The notes below the pieces were generated by a model. That model saw only the letters and a list, made by a program, of their open reading frames with translations, was not told the origin of the DNA and did no database searches. Below, piece by piece: positions 18,874 through 29,973 of a stretch of DNA of 52,557 bases. Both the position numbers and the translations under genes were made by a program. This stretch comes from Candidatus Sericytochromatia bacterium. Lineage in GTDB: Bacteria > Cyanobacteriota > Sericytochromatia > S15B-MN24 > UBA4093. Location: the NCBI GenBank assembly GCA_036676495.1, contig JAKFCT010000048.1:1-52557 (forward strand), read 5' to 3'. The first letter of the stretch is position 1. Each line of letters begins with the position of its first letter.

Positions 18874-19764
18874 GTGATTCCAGCGGAGCAAACGCCGGCC
18901 CAGCGGGGCCATCTGATCGTGATCGGCGGAGCGGAGTCCAAGGAGCTCGACAGTCAGATCCTGACTTCCGTGGTCGACATGGCCGGAGGGCGCGACGCCG
19001 TCATCACGGTGATTGCCACCGCCTCCCTCAACCCTCAGGACCGCTTCGAGACCTATCAGCGCCTCTTCAAGGCCATGGGTGCTCGCGAGGTCCATTTCCT
19101 CGACATCGAGAGCCGCGAGGACGCCAACAACCCCGCCAACGCCGACCTGGTCTACCAGAGCACCGGCGTCTTCATGACCGGGGGCGACCAATCCCGCCTC
19201 TCCTCGATCCTCGGGGGCTCCGAGGTCGCCAAGGCCATGCACCGCGCGCATAAGCGCGGCCTCTTGATCGCCGGCACCTCCGCCGGCGCTTCCGCCATCT
19301 CCGAGCACATGATCGTCGAGGGCGGCCAGGGCCTTCATCCCCGCAAGCATATGCTTCACCTGGCCCCCGGCCTCGGCCTCCTGCGCCGGGTCGTGCTCGA
19401 CCAGCACTTCCTCCAGCGCCAGCGCATCGGCCGCCTCCTCAGCATCGTCGCCCAGAACCCCTTCATCCTGGGCATCGGCGTCGACGAGGACACGGCGATG
19501 GTCGTCTGCCCCAACTACGACTTCAAGGTGATCGGCTCGGGAGTCGTCACCATCCTCGACGGCCGGGACATCTCCCACTCCAACGTCACCACGGCCACCG
19601 CCGGCGAACTGCTCGCCATGGACGGCGTCAAGCTGCACATGCTTCCCTCGGGTTTCGCCTATAACATCGAAACCCGCACCCCCCTGGGCGCCGACTGGGA
19701 CTGCCAATGTCCCGAGCCCGTCCGCACCGCGCCCGCGCCCCGGGTCGACGAAGCCCTGCGCTAG
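18874..19764 (+). CDS. cphB: Cyanophycinase (peptidase S51)
   Basis: IIGGAE-like motif, GGDQ, catalytic GTSAG, DQHF..R.R.GRL, GIGVDEDT. Directly upstream of cphA. GTG 18874 fits SD AAGGAG. Confidence 0.93.
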   Translation: MIPAEQTPAQRGHLIVIGGAESKELDSQILTSVVDMAGGRDAVITVIATASLNPQDRFETYQRLFKAMGAREVHFLDIESREDANNPANADLVYQSTGVFMTGGDQSRLSSILGGSEVAKAMHRAHKRGLLIAGTSAGASAISEHMIVEGGQGLHPRKHMLHLAPGLGLLRRVVLDQHFLQRQRIGRLLSIVAQNPFILGIGVDEDTAMVVCPNYDFKVIGSGVVTILDGRDISHSNVTTATAGELLAMDGVKLHMLPSGFAYNIETRTPLGADWDCQCPEPVRTAPAPRVDEALR

Positions 19765-19816
19765 CCCGCATCCCCAATTCCCATCAAACCCCCCGTCCCG
19801 AACAGGAGAATAAGCC

Positions 19817-22474
19817 GTGAAGATCCTCGAACGTCGCGTCCTCCGTGGTCCGAACATCTGGTCTCCTCGCCCGGCATACTGGCTGGTGGTCGATCTCGAG
19901 GACCTTTACGACATTCCCTCGTCGGCGGTGCCCGGCTTCACCGAGAAGCTGACCAAGCTCATCCCCTCGCTCGCCGACCACCGGTGCTCCATGGGGTATC
20001 GCGGCGGCTTCGTCGAACGGCTCCACGAGGGCACCTACATGGCCCATATCCTCGAGCACACCCTGATCGAGCTCCAGTGCCTCGCCGGGGTCGACGTGGG
20101 CTTCGGCAAGGCCCGTGAGGTGAAGGGCAAGCCCGGCCTCTACAACGTCGTCTTCTCCTACAAGCTCGAGAAAGTCGTCGAGGAGGCCATCCCCGTCGGC
20201 GTCAAGCTGATCGAGACCCTCGGACGCGGCGGCGACATCGACCCCGCGGAGTTCGCCGAGGACATCGACAACCTCAAGTACTGGTGCGAGCGCCACTCCC
20301 TCGGGCCCTCCACGGCGGCCATCGTGGACGCCGCCAAGCGTCGCGGCATCCCTGCCACCCGCATCACCGACGAGTCCTCCCTCTTCCAGCTGGGCCTCGG
20401 CAAGTACCAGAAGCGCATCCAGGCCGCCCTCACCTCCGAGACCAGCAATATCGCGGTCGGAATCGCCTCCGACAAGGACCTCACCAATGCCCTCCTGCGC
20501 GAAGCCGGCCTCCCGGTGCCTCGCGGCGAAGCCGTCACGACGCTGGCGCGGGCCCAGGAAGTCGCCCGCCGCATGCGCGGCCCGGTGACCGTTAAGCCGC
20601 ACTTCGGCAACCAGGGCAAGGCGGTCTCCTGCGACCTCACCACCCCCGAGCAGGTCGAGCAGGCCTTCAAGTGGGCCCGCGAGTACGGCCGCTCCGTGCT
20701 GGTCGAGCAGTTCATCCGGGGCAAGGATCACCGGGTACTCGTCGTGGGCGATCAGGTGGTCGCCGTCGCGCGCCGGGTGCCGGCCCAGGTGGTCGGTGAC
20801 GGAACGCATACGATCCGGGAGCTGGTGGATATTGCCAACCAGGATCCGCGCCGGGGCGACGGGCACCTCAAGCCGCTCACCCGCCTCAAGCTGGACGCCG
20901 GAGCCATGGCGGTGCTCGCCAAGCAGGGCCTCGACCCCGACCAGGTCCCCACCGTCGGCCAGATCGTCCTCCTGCGCGAGAACGCGAATCTCTCCACCGG
21001 CGGTTCGGCGATCGACCTCACTGAGATCATCCACCCCTCCAACGCCGCCCTCTGCGTCCGCGCCGCCCAGAAGGTCGGCCTCGACGTCGCCGGCATCGAC
21101 GTGGTCTGCGAGGATATCTCGCTGCCCTTGGACCAGCAGGGAGGCGCCATCATCGAGGTCAACGCCGCCCCCGGCATCCGCATGCACCAGCATCCCTCGG
21201 AGGGAGAGCCGCATGACGTGGGCGCGGCCATCGTCGACATGCTCTTCCCGCCCGGCGCGCCCGTCACCATCCCCATCTACTCGGTGACCGGCACCAACGG
21301 CAAGACCACCACCACCCTGATGGTCGGCCATACCCTTCGCCAGGCGGGCATCCGCACCGGCATCACCACCACCGAGGGCATCTACCTCGATGGAAAGCGC
21401 ATCAGCAAGGGCGACTGCACCGGCTATTGGTCGGCCCGCACCGTCCTCACCGACCCCACGGTCGAGGCGGCCGTCCTGGAAACCGCCCGCGGCGGCCTCT
21501 TCAAGCGCGGCCTGGGCTTCGAATCCTGTGACGTGGCGGCGGTGCTGAATATTCACGATGATCACCTCGGCCAGCACGGAGCCGAGACCCTCGGCGACCT
21601 CGCCCGGGTCAAGGGCCTGATCGTGAAGCATTGCAAGGGAACGGCGGTCCTCAACGCCGACGATCCGCTGGTACTGGAGATGGCCGAGCAGGCTCCCGAG
21701 GGCACCAAGATCGTCCTCTTCAGCATGGCGGACCATTCCCCCGCGCTGGAGGAGCACTTGGCCAAGGGGGGCGAGGCGGTCTACCTGCGCCGGGGCATGA
21801 TCATGGTCGCCCGCGGCGAGCACCGCATGCCCCTGGTCGAGGCCGCGCAGCTGCCCGTGACCATGGGCGGCCGCGCCCGCCACAACATCGCCAATGCCCT
21901 GGCGGCGGTCGCCATGCTGCTTCACTCCGGCCTCAACAAGGAGCAGCTCGTCAACGGCCTCAGCACGTTCCACTCGACCATCGAGCAGAACCCCGGCCGC
22001 CTCAACATGGTGCGCGTCCGCGACTTCACCGTGCTGATCGACTACGCCCACAACCCCGCCTCCTACGAGGCGCTGGGCGACACGGTGAAGCAGATGGAGC
22101 ACAAGCGCCTGATCGGCGTCGTCACCGTGCCCGGCGATCGCTACGATGAGAAGCTCAAGGAGTCCGGCGTCATCTGCGCCAAGTACTTCGACGAGCTGAT
22201 CGTCCGCGACATGACCGACCTGCGCGGCCGTCCCCGCGGGGAAGCCGCTCGGATCATCCACCAGGCGGCCCTGGATGCCGGCATGTCGCCGGAGCATTGC
22301 CATCTGATCCCCGACGAGCCCCAGGCCATCCAGTTCGCGATGGACATGGCCCAGGCGGGAGACATGGTGGTGATCGGCTGCGCGGATACGGAAGACGCCA
22401 TCAGCTCGATTCTCGAGCAGGCGGATAGCTTCGGCCCCGCGCCCAGCCTCCCGGTGGTGCTGCCGGGCGTCTAG
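19817..22474 (+). CDS. cphA: Cyanophycin synthetase CphA1
   Basis: N domain (LRGPNIWS, HRCS..GGF...HILEH), ATP-grasp G domain (LGPST, KPHFGNQGK, ANLSTGG, EVNAAPGIRMH) and MurE-like M domain (VTGTNGKTTT, LETARGG, PGRLN, DYAHN, PGDR). Confidence 0.95.
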   Translation: MKILERRVLRGPNIWSPRPAYWLVVDLEDLYDIPSSAVPGFTEKLTKLIPSLADHRCSMGYRGGFVERLHEGTYMAHILEHTLIELQCLAGVDVGFGKAREVKGKPGLYNVVFSYKLEKVVEEAIPVGVKLIETLGRGGDIDPAEFAEDIDNLKYWCERHSLGPSTAAIVDAAKRRGIPATRITDESSLFQLGLGKYQKRIQAALTSETSNIAVGIASDKDLTNALLREAGLPVPRGEAVTTLARAQEVARRMRGPVTVKPHFGNQGKAVSCDLTTPEQVEQAFKWAREYGRSVLVEQFIRGKDHRVLVVGDQVVAVARRVPAQVVGDGTHTIRELVDIANQDPRRGDGHLKPLTRLKLDAGAMAVLAKQGLDPDQVPTVGQIVLLRENANLSTGGSAIDLTEIIHPSNAALCVRAAQKVGLDVAGIDVVCEDISLPLDQQGGAIIEVNAAPGIRMHQHPSEGEPHDVGAAIVDMLFPPGAPVTIPIYSVTGTNGKTTTTLMVGHTLRQAGIRTGITTTEGIYLDGKRISKGDCTGYWSARTVLTDPTVEAAVLETARGGLFKRGLGFESCDVAAVLNIHDDHLGQHGAETLGDLARVKGLIVKHCKGTAVLNADDPLVLEMAEQAPEGTKIVLFSMADHSPALEEHLAKGGEAVYLRRGMIMVARGEHRMPLVEAAQLPVTMGGRARHNIANALAAVAMLLHSGLNKEQLVNGLSTFHSTIEQNPGRLNMVRVRDFTVLIDYAHNPASYEALGDTVKQMEHKRLIGVVTVPGDRYDEKLKESGVICAKYFDELIVRDMTDLRGRPRGEAARIIHQAALDAGMSPEHCHLIPDEPQAIQFAMDMAQAGDMVVIGCADTEDAISSILEQADSFGPAPSLPVVLPGV

Positions 22475-22547
22475 CGCGCCTTCAGCGCCTGCGGCACAAG
22501 GGCTGCTGACGGCAAGGGCATAGCTCCTGCTCATCACTCAAAAACCT

Positions 22548-22584
22548 CAAGGGGAGGGCGCTTCGGCGCCCTCCCCTTGCGTTT
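22548..22584 (+). terminator. Strong hairpin / probable intrinsic terminator after cphA
   Basis: CAAGGGGAGGGCGC-TTCG-GCGCCCTCCCCTTG, a 14-bp stem with a cUUCGg loop and a short T tail. Confidence 0.7.
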
Positions 22585-22650
22585 GCTCCGAACGTCCCGG
22601 TAAGGGCCGCTTGCTTGCGGGTAAAACGTCACCACGAAGGGGGGAATCGC

Positions 22651-23307
22651 ATGCGCATGCCAATCGTCGGAACCAGCCTCATCGCTCTGCTCGCCGTCCC
22701 GGCCATGTCCGCCGCCGCCTATCCGGATGCCCGAAAGGTGGAGTCCTTCAGTCCGGAGTCCTTTCGCATGGACTCCCGTCTTGCCCTCGAGCCGGAGCCC
22801 TTCCGCCTGGATGCCCGTCTCGCCCTCGACCCGCGACCGCTCCCGGAGGCCCCCCGGCCCCGGGATCTGAAATCCCCCGGCCTCTCCGTCCTCCTCTCCG
22901 TCGGCACTCCCTACGCCGTCTCCAGCCTAGGGGCCGGCATGATGCTTCTCAGCGGCTACCCCACCCAGTTCAATGCCATGGGCATCGCGGGGATGGCCGT
23001 GGCCGCGACGAGCCCGCTGGCTCTGGGAGCCGGTCAGGCTTATTCCGGGGACCCCAAGCGCGGCTTCTGGGTCGGGCTCGGGTCGTACGGGGTTTTGATC
23101 GGAAGCACGCTTTTGGGGCTGGGCCTGGCGTACGCCCTCGATCCGCAGGGGATGGCGGCAGGAGGTCAGTCGGCCGGCATGGGCTATGCGCTGCTGGCCT
23201 TGCCGCTCTCGTCGCTCGCGACCGTGGGCTACACGATCTGGGCGCTGGCGGACGCGCACCAGACCGCCATTCTCCATAACGAGGCCGTCTCGGCTTCCAC
23301 GCCCTGA
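22651..23307 (+). CDS. Hypothetical membrane protein with signal peptide
   Basis: SD GAAGGGGG, a signal peptide, several Gly/Ala-rich TM segments, and a 13-aa internal tandem repeat. Confidence 0.65.
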   Translation: MRMPIVGTSLIALLAVPAMSAAAYPDARKVESFSPESFRMDSRLALEPEPFRLDARLALDPRPLPEAPRPRDLKSPGLSVLLSVGTPYAVSSLGAGMMLLSGYPTQFNAMGIAGMAVAATSPLALGAGQAYSGDPKRGFWVGLGSYGVLIGSTLLGLGLAYALDPQGMAAGGQSAGMGYALLALPLSSLATVGYTIWALADAHQTAILHNEAVSASTP

Positions 23308-23464
23308 GTGGTCTGCCCGATGGACGAAGCAGCCGCAGTCCGTTTGATGGCCGTTGGGGAGATCAGGTATACTCAAGGGGCGGAGCTTCGGCTCCGGCCC
23401 TTGTTTTCAAGCTGTAAAGAAGGTCCTCATGCTCAAGACGGCAGTGACCAAATCAAGCATTGAC

Positions 23465-24508
23465 ATGTCTTCGATTCCTGACACGATGACGGCGATCGCC
23501 AAGACCGAAGCAGGCCCTGGCGCCAAGCTCATCACCGTTCCTGTTCCCACCATCGGCCCCCGCGACGTGCTGGTGAAGGTCAACGCCACCGCCGTCTGCG
23601 GCACGGATCTGCATATCTACACCTGGGACGCCTGGAGCCAGGGCCGGGTCAAGCCCCCCCTGACCATCGGGCACGAGTTCGGCGGCACCGTCGTGGCCGT
23701 CGGCGAGGAAGTCCTCGACGTCTCCATCGGCGACTACGTCTCGGCGGAAACCCACGTCGTCTGCGGCACCTGCTACCAGTGCCGGACCGGCGCCAAGCAC
23801 ATCTGCTCCAATACCAAGATCCTGGGCGTCGACATCCCCGGCTGTTACGCCGAGTACGTCGCCATTCCCGCCAAGAACGCCTGGAAGAACGCTTCCACGC
23901 TGCCCCTCGACTGGGCGCCCCTGCAAGAGCCCCTCGGGAACGCCGTTCACACGGTGCTGGCCGGTGACGTCGCCGGCCGCACGGTCGTGATCAGCGGCTG
24001 CGGCCCCATCGGCATCATGGCGGCGGGCGTCGCCAAGGCCTGCGGAGCCTCCGCGGTCATCGCCATCGACATCAACGCCTATCGCCTGGATCTGGCCGGC
24101 AAGATGGGAGCGACCCACCTCATCAAGGCCGACGAGCAGGACGCGGTCGCCGCCGTCCTCGCCGCGGTTCCCGGCGGTGTGGACGTCGTCTGCGAGATGT
24201 CCGGCAACGCCAAGGCCATGCGCGACGGCTTCAAGATGATCCGCAACGGCGGCCGCTACTCGATCCTGGGCATTCCTTCGCAGGACGTTCCCCTGGACAT
24301 CGCCGAGATCGTCTTCAAGGGGGTCACGATCCAAGGCATCACCGGCCGGAAGATGTACGACACCTGGTACCAGGTCGCCAATCTGCTGAATTCGCGCCAG
24401 CTCGACCTCACCCCGATGATCACCCACCGCATGCCCCTCGCGGACGTCGACGCCGCCATGGACCTCATGAAGGCCGGCCTCTGCGGTAAGGTCGTGCTCA
24501 CCCCGTAG
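23465..24508 (+). CDS. tdh: L-threonine 3-dehydrogenase
   Basis: CGTDLHIY.WD.W, GHEF, VSAETHVVCGTCYQC, EPLGNAVHT, GCGPIG, IQGITGR.MYDTW. Adjacent to kbl. Confidence 0.93.
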   Translation: MSSIPDTMTAIAKTEAGPGAKLITVPVPTIGPRDVLVKVNATAVCGTDLHIYTWDAWSQGRVKPPLTIGHEFGGTVVAVGEEVLDVSIGDYVSAETHVVCGTCYQCRTGAKHICSNTKILGVDIPGCYAEYVAIPAKNAWKNASTLPLDWAPLQEPLGNAVHTVLAGDVAGRTVVISGCGPIGIMAAGVAKACGASAVIAIDINAYRLDLAGKMGATHLIKADEQDAVAAVLAAVPGGVDVVCEMSGNAKAMRDGFKMIRNGGRYSILGIPSQDVPLDIAEIVFKGVTIQGITGRKMYDTWYQVANLLNSRQLDLTPMITHRMPLADVDAAMDLMKAGLCGKVVLTP

Positions 24509-24679
24509 AAGGGCCGCAGGCCCATGCCCTGTTATTAAGGAGCCTGGGGGCCGTAACCCCCCCCGGCTTCGCCGCCCCCCCGGTATCGCCGGCGGCGATG
24601 CAGAATCCGATGAAGGGCGACGCCCATTAGAGGATTCTGCGAGGGGGGACAATACAGAGAAGATTACAGGAGCTTTCGC

Positions 24680-25885
<1,206 letters not shown>

Positions 25886-25938
25886 TCCCCTATTCGCGGC
25901 GGTTGCTTCACGGTAGTGGCGCAACCGCGGCGGGTGCT

Positions 25939-25985
25939 AAAAAGCCAGTGGCCACTCCCGACTCGGGGGCGGCCACCGGCTTTTT
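25939..25985. terminator. Bidirectional intrinsic terminator
   Basis: AAAAAGCCAGTGGCCACTCCCG-ACT-CGGGGGCGGCCACCGGCTTTTT between the convergent kbl and MCP genes. Confidence 0.75.
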
Positions 25986-26006
25986 GAGGGGTTCCTGGTG
26001 CAACTG

Positions 26007-28418
26007 CTACCGCAGCAGGCGCGTCTCCGGCACGGCGCCGACGGCCATCTGCCGCTCGGCGTCGCGGAAGAACGCGATCTCGTCGAGCAGGCTCCGGGCC
26101 TCCTGCTGGAGCGACCCCGAGACCTGGCGTACGTCTTCCACCGCCAGCACCACCTGATCGGCGCCCGCGCGCTGCTCGGAGGTCGCAGTGCTCACTTGCT
26201 GGGTCAGGCTCGCCATGGCGTGGACCGCCTGGTTGATCTGCTCCGAGCCGCGGGCCTGCTCCGTGGTGGCGACGCTGACCTGCTGGGTCAGGGCGCTCAT
26301 GGAGCTCACGGCCTCGGTGATCTGGCGCGCCGCGCGGTTCTGCTCGGTCGCCGCTTGGGTGATCTCGCTCATGAGCGTGGTGACCTGGGTGACGGAGCGG
26401 ACGATGGCTTCCAGCGACTCACCGGCTGACCGGGTGAGCTGGGTGCCCTCCTGGATGGCCGACTCGCCCTGCTTGGTGGAAGCGACCGCATGCTGGGTCT
26501 CCTTCTGGATGCCCTTGATGAGATCGCCGATCTCGCTCGTGGCCTTGGCGGAGCGCTCGGCGAGCTTGCGAACCTCGTCGGCGACCACGGCGAAACCCCG
26601 TCCCGCCTCGCCAGCCCGCGCCGCCTCGATGGCCGCGTTGAGGGCCAAGAGGTTGGTCTGCTCGGCGATGTCGTCGATCACCTCGATGATCTGCCCGATC
26701 TCCTCGGAGTTCCGGCCGAGGCTCTCGATGGTCGAGACCACCTCGCCCATGGCCTGCTGGATCTGCGCCATGCCGTCGACGGACTTCGAGACGGCTTCCT
26801 TGCCTTTCAGCGCCGCCTCGGCGGAGGTCTCGGCCATGGCGTTGGCCTGGCTGACGTTCTCGGCGACCTGCTGGATGCTGGCCGCCATCTCCTCGATGCT
26901 GGCGGAAGTCTCGTTCACGGCGGAGGCCAGGGTGTCAGCGTTGCCGGCCACCTGCTGGATGCTGGCCGCCATCTCCGAGATGGAACTCGACGTCTCCTCG
27001 ACCGAAGCGGCGAGCTCCTGGGCGTTGCCCGCGACCTGGCGGATGCTGGCCGCCATCTGCTCCATGCTGCTGGAGGTTTCCTCGACCGACCGGGAGGCCT
27101 GGGTCGAAGCCGCGGAGACGCTCTCGGCCGAGCCCCGCACCTGCCGGATGATGCCGCGCAGGCTCTCCTGCATGGTATAGACCGCGGTGCCGAGCTGGTC
27201 GCGCGCGCTCTGAGGCGTCACGTCACGCGAGAGATCGCCCTGGGCGATGACTTCCACGCTCTGGGCCATGCGCGAGAGGTAGTCGGTGGCCTGGCGGAAC
27301 GCCCGGGTCATGCGGTTGAACTCGTTGCCCTCAGGACCACCGGCCGAATCGGGGACGAGCTGCTGGACGCGCGAGAGCTCGCCGGCGCCGATCGCCTCGC
27401 AGGCCTGAACCAGGGGATCCAGCATGCGCGTGGACGAACCGACCAGCCAGCTAAGCAGCCCGCCAATGAGGATGATGCCGAGCAGGCCAAGGCCCGCCAG
27501 GAGCATGATGCGCTGGGTGATGGGGCCGGTGACCTCCGACTCGTCGACGAGCATCGCGACCGTCCAGTTGCCGTTCTTCACCGGAGCATGAAACATCAGG
27601 GCCTTCCGGCCGTCGAAGGGGCTATCGAGGGTCTCCATGCCGATCGTGCCCGCGGTGATCGCCCCACCGAAGGCCTCCCGCAGCGTCGCATTCTCGGTGA
27701 TCTGCTTGGCGAGCATGCGCTCGTCCGGAGTGGCGATGAAGCGCCCGCTGGAGGTGAGCACGGCGAATTTAGCGCTCTTGTAGGGCTTGAGGGCCTTGAG
27801 CGAGTCGTTGATGTCGTTGAGGCTGACGTCGACGCCGGAGATGCCGCGGAAGCGGCCGCCGGCCTCGATGGGGGAGCCGTAGGAGGCTAGCAGCACTCCC
27901 TCGTACAGGTAGGGCTCGGTGATGATCGACTTGCGGGATTGCTTGGGGACGGAATAGACCTCCAAGGAATCGACGTCCACCAACGGATCCAGCACGAGGG
28001 AGCCCGTGAGACGGTTCCAGTAAGGTCCGAAGCGGCCGTTCACCATGCCCTTGCGGCCGCTCCAGGTGGCGTCCTGGCTGTCCGCGTTGGGCTCGTAGGC
28101 GTAGTAGGTGCCGATGAGGTCGGGATTTTGCTCGAGGACGCGCTTCAGGTAGTCCATGGAAGCCTGGCGATCGCCGAAGCCGCCGGTCTCCTGCATGCTG
28201 CCCAGGGTGCTCGCGACGGTCGACGCCTTCTGGTTCCGGCCGTCGAGCTGCTGCGCAATCCCCTCGACGGTGAGCTTGCCCGCTCGCTCGACCGCTTCCA
28301 TGCCGGAGCTCCAGAACCAGCTCCCGATGAGCCCGATCATCACGACCAGGAGCACGGCGATGCCGGCTCCGGCCTTGAGGCTGATATCGAACTTGACGCT
28401 GTGACGATTGAAGTTCAT
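26007..28418 (-). CDS. Methyl-accepting chemotaxis protein with dCache sensor and elongated signalling domain
   Basis: TM, dCache (GRFGPYW, ITEPYLY, GISGVDV, WTVAM), TM, HAMPs, and tip motif [38 protein letters not shown]. Confidence 0.93.
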   Translation of the reverse strand: MNFNRHSVKFDISLKAGAGIAVLLVVMIGLIGSWFWSSGMEAVERAGKLTVEGIAQQLDGRNQKASTVASTLGSMQETGGFGDRQASMDYLKRVLEQNPDLIGTYYAYEPNADSQDATWSGRKGMVNGRFGPYWNRLTGSLVLDPLVDVDSLEVYSVPKQSRKSIITEPYLYEGVLLASYGSPIEAGGRFRGISGVDVSLNDINDSLKALKPYKSAKFAVLTSSGRFIATPDERMLAKQITENATLREAFGGAITAGTIGMETLDSPFDGRKALMFHAPVKNGNWTVAMLVDESEVTGPITQRIMLLAGLGLLGIILIGGLLSWLVGSSTRMLDPLVQACEAIGAGELSRVQQLVPDSAGGPEGNEFNRMTRAFRQATDYLSRMAQSVEVIAQGDLSRDVTPQSARDQLGTAVYTMQESLRGIIRQVRGSAESVSAASTQASRSVEETSSSMEQMAASIRQVAGNAQELAASVEETSSSISEMAASIQQVAGNADTLASAVNETSASIEEMAASIQQVAENVSQANAMAETSAEAALKGKEAVSKSVDGMAQIQQAMGEVVSTIESLGRNSEEIGQIIEVIDDIAEQTNLLALNAAIEAARAGEAGRGFAVVADEVRKLAERSAKATSEIGDLIKGIQKETQHAVASTKQGESAIQEGTQLTRSAGESLEAIVRSVTQVTTLMSEITQAATEQNRAARQITEAVSSMSALTQQVSVATTEQARGSEQINQAVHAMASLTQQVSTATSEQRAGADQVVLAVEDVRQVSGSLQQEARSLLDEIAFFRDAERQMAVGAVPETRLLR

Positions 28419-28421
28419 GGC

Positions 28422-29216
28422 TTAGCGCTCCTCCTTGGCGATCAGGTTCCATCCGGAGGAGACGTAGAAGTAGACGGCGTCCGCCGGGGTAATCGTGCGA
28501 TCGTTGCCCATGGTGTAGCCCAGACCGAGGGTGGTCGCGGGGTTGACCAGGACGTTCAGGGCGAGGTTGGTCGAGCCCAGCTCGCTGACTCCGCCGACGT
28601 GATCGACCGCGAGACTGGCGGGGCCCCAGGAGGGCGTTTCGTAACCGCCCATCAGGAAGCCGTTCGAGGGCTCGGAGAACGGAGCCGTGGCCGCGAAGAC
28701 GGCCGGAGCGTCCGTCAGGGCGACGCCACCGCCGAGGGTGACGCGTCCCAGGGGGAGGGCTCCCCACGAGAGGGTCTTGGTGGCCGCCGCGTAGGTGGCG
28801 TTCAAGCTCGTCGCCATCGTGCCGGGAGCCAGGTCGGAGAGCCCGAGCGCAAGGCTCGGCGCCCATCCGGTCTCTTTGAGCACCTGGGCCTTGGCGTTGA
28901 AGACGGGTTTGAGGGCGGGAGTCAGGCCCGCCATGCTGATGACGTCGAATCCGACTTCCAGGCCGCCGAAGGAGAGGCCGGAGGCGCCGTACGCGAAGGC
29001 CGGGAGGACTCCGACGTTCATCCCGGCCCAGGTCAGGGGGCTGCCGCCGAGATAGGCGGTGTAGGTGAGCAGCGAGGCTTCGCCGAAGGAGCGGGTCTCC
29101 CCGCTGGGGGCGAAGATGACGGCATGGGGGTACGCAAGGGCACTGCCGGCTTGGAGCGCGCCGGCGAGCGCAAGCGCAGCCGCCACGTGCTTCAAAAAGG
29201 GCTGTGTATCGGGCAT
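28422..29216 (-). CDS. Exported hypothetical protein, possible outer-membrane beta-barrel
   Basis: Signal peptide (..AGSALA) and alternating amphipathic strands ending YFYVSSGW. Ends 3 bp before the MCP start. Confidence 0.6.
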   Translation of the reverse strand: MPDTQPFLKHVAAALALAGALQAGSALAYPHAVIFAPSGETRSFGEASLLTYTAYLGGSPLTWAGMNVGVLPAFAYGASGLSFGGLEVGFDVISMAGLTPALKPVFNAKAQVLKETGWAPSLALGLSDLAPGTMATSLNATYAAATKTLSWGALPLGRVTLGGGVALTDAPAVFAATAPFSEPSNGFLMGGYETPSWGPASLAVDHVGGVSELGSTNLALNVLVNPATTLGLGYTMGNDRTITPADAVYFYVSSGWNLIAKEER

Positions 29217-29425
29217 ATCTCTACTCCAGGGAGGGGAGGTACGGGCTAGGGAAAGCCTGACCTATGCTTGGTTGTTACCTGGGCAGGATAGCGGAATTCC
29301 CATGCGAATGGCATGAGTCAAACGGCTTATTTTATTGCACAAATGTCCTGAGTGGCCATCCGTAGAAAACCCCGGAAGCGACCGAGCGTCCCGCGCCTGG
29401 GGCCGGGACATGGCGTCCGGGGACG

Positions 29426-29459
29426 AAAAAAGGGACCCCCCCGTGAGGGGCGGTCCCTT
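29426..29459 (-). terminator. Intrinsic terminator downstream of the YHS gene
   Basis: Minus strand AAGGGACCGCCCC-TCAC-GGGGGGGTCCCTTTTTT. Confidence 0.75.
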
Positions 29460-29478
29460 GAGGCCTCGAGGCGCGGGG

Positions 29479-29730
29479 CTAGGCTTGGGCTTCGAGGGCG
29501 GGGTCGTGCTGATCGACCTGCGCGATCGGGAAGGGCAGGATCACGGCCTTGACCTTCTTGCGGGCGGGCGTCGCGCGACGCAGGAAGTGGGACTGGCAGC
29601 GCGACGAGCAGAAGTAGTACTGATCGCCCTCATGCAGCACGGGGCCCAGGGCTTCATTCTCGGCGAGGATCTGGCCGCAGACCAGATCCATGTGCATGGT
29701 GGGAGGGAGCCAATCGAGTCCTTGCGCCAT
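29479..29730 (-). CDS. YHS/TRASH-like small metal-binding protein
   Basis: DLVCGQ...HEGDQYYFCSSRCQSHF matches the DPVCGM...Y.FCS..C pattern. SD AAAGGAAG. Confidence 0.75.
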   Translation of the reverse strand: MAQGLDWLPPTMHMDLVCGQILAENEALGPVLHEGDQYYFCSSRCQSHFLRRATPARKKVKAVILPFPIAQVDQHDPALEAQA

Positions 29731-29759
29731 TGCTAAACTTCCTTTCGATCCTCATTGGT

Positions 29760-29964
29760 CGAGGGGTCGCCTCAGGCTGGTCCATCAAAACGATCCGAAA
29801 CGCGTACGGCCGCCGTCCCGCGGGGCGTCCTCGGAGGAGCGCGCGGACGCTCCTGCCTGCGATGTGGGCGCCCTCCGTCAAAGGGCAGCAATCAGAGGTC
29901 GCCAAGACGAAACGACACCCGAACCAACTACGGGCTCGCGTCCGGGGTCGGCATCGACCCCTCG
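29760..29964 (-). ncRNA. Candidate structured RNA (~205 nt; 6S-like or cis-regulatory leader)
   Basis: A perfect 10-bp closing stem CGAGGGGTCG/CGACCCCTCG encloses several further helices and begins just downstream of a sigma70 promoter. Identity not established. Confidence 0.4.
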
Positions 29965-29973
29965 GATGGAATG

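Noticed and set aside
23344-23407. UUCG hairpin upstream of tdh as an attenuator or riboswitch
   Set aside because: No leader peptide or aptamer motif is visible. It is more simply the terminator of the upstream gene or a 5' stabilising hairpin near a TTGATG-N18-TATACT promoter.
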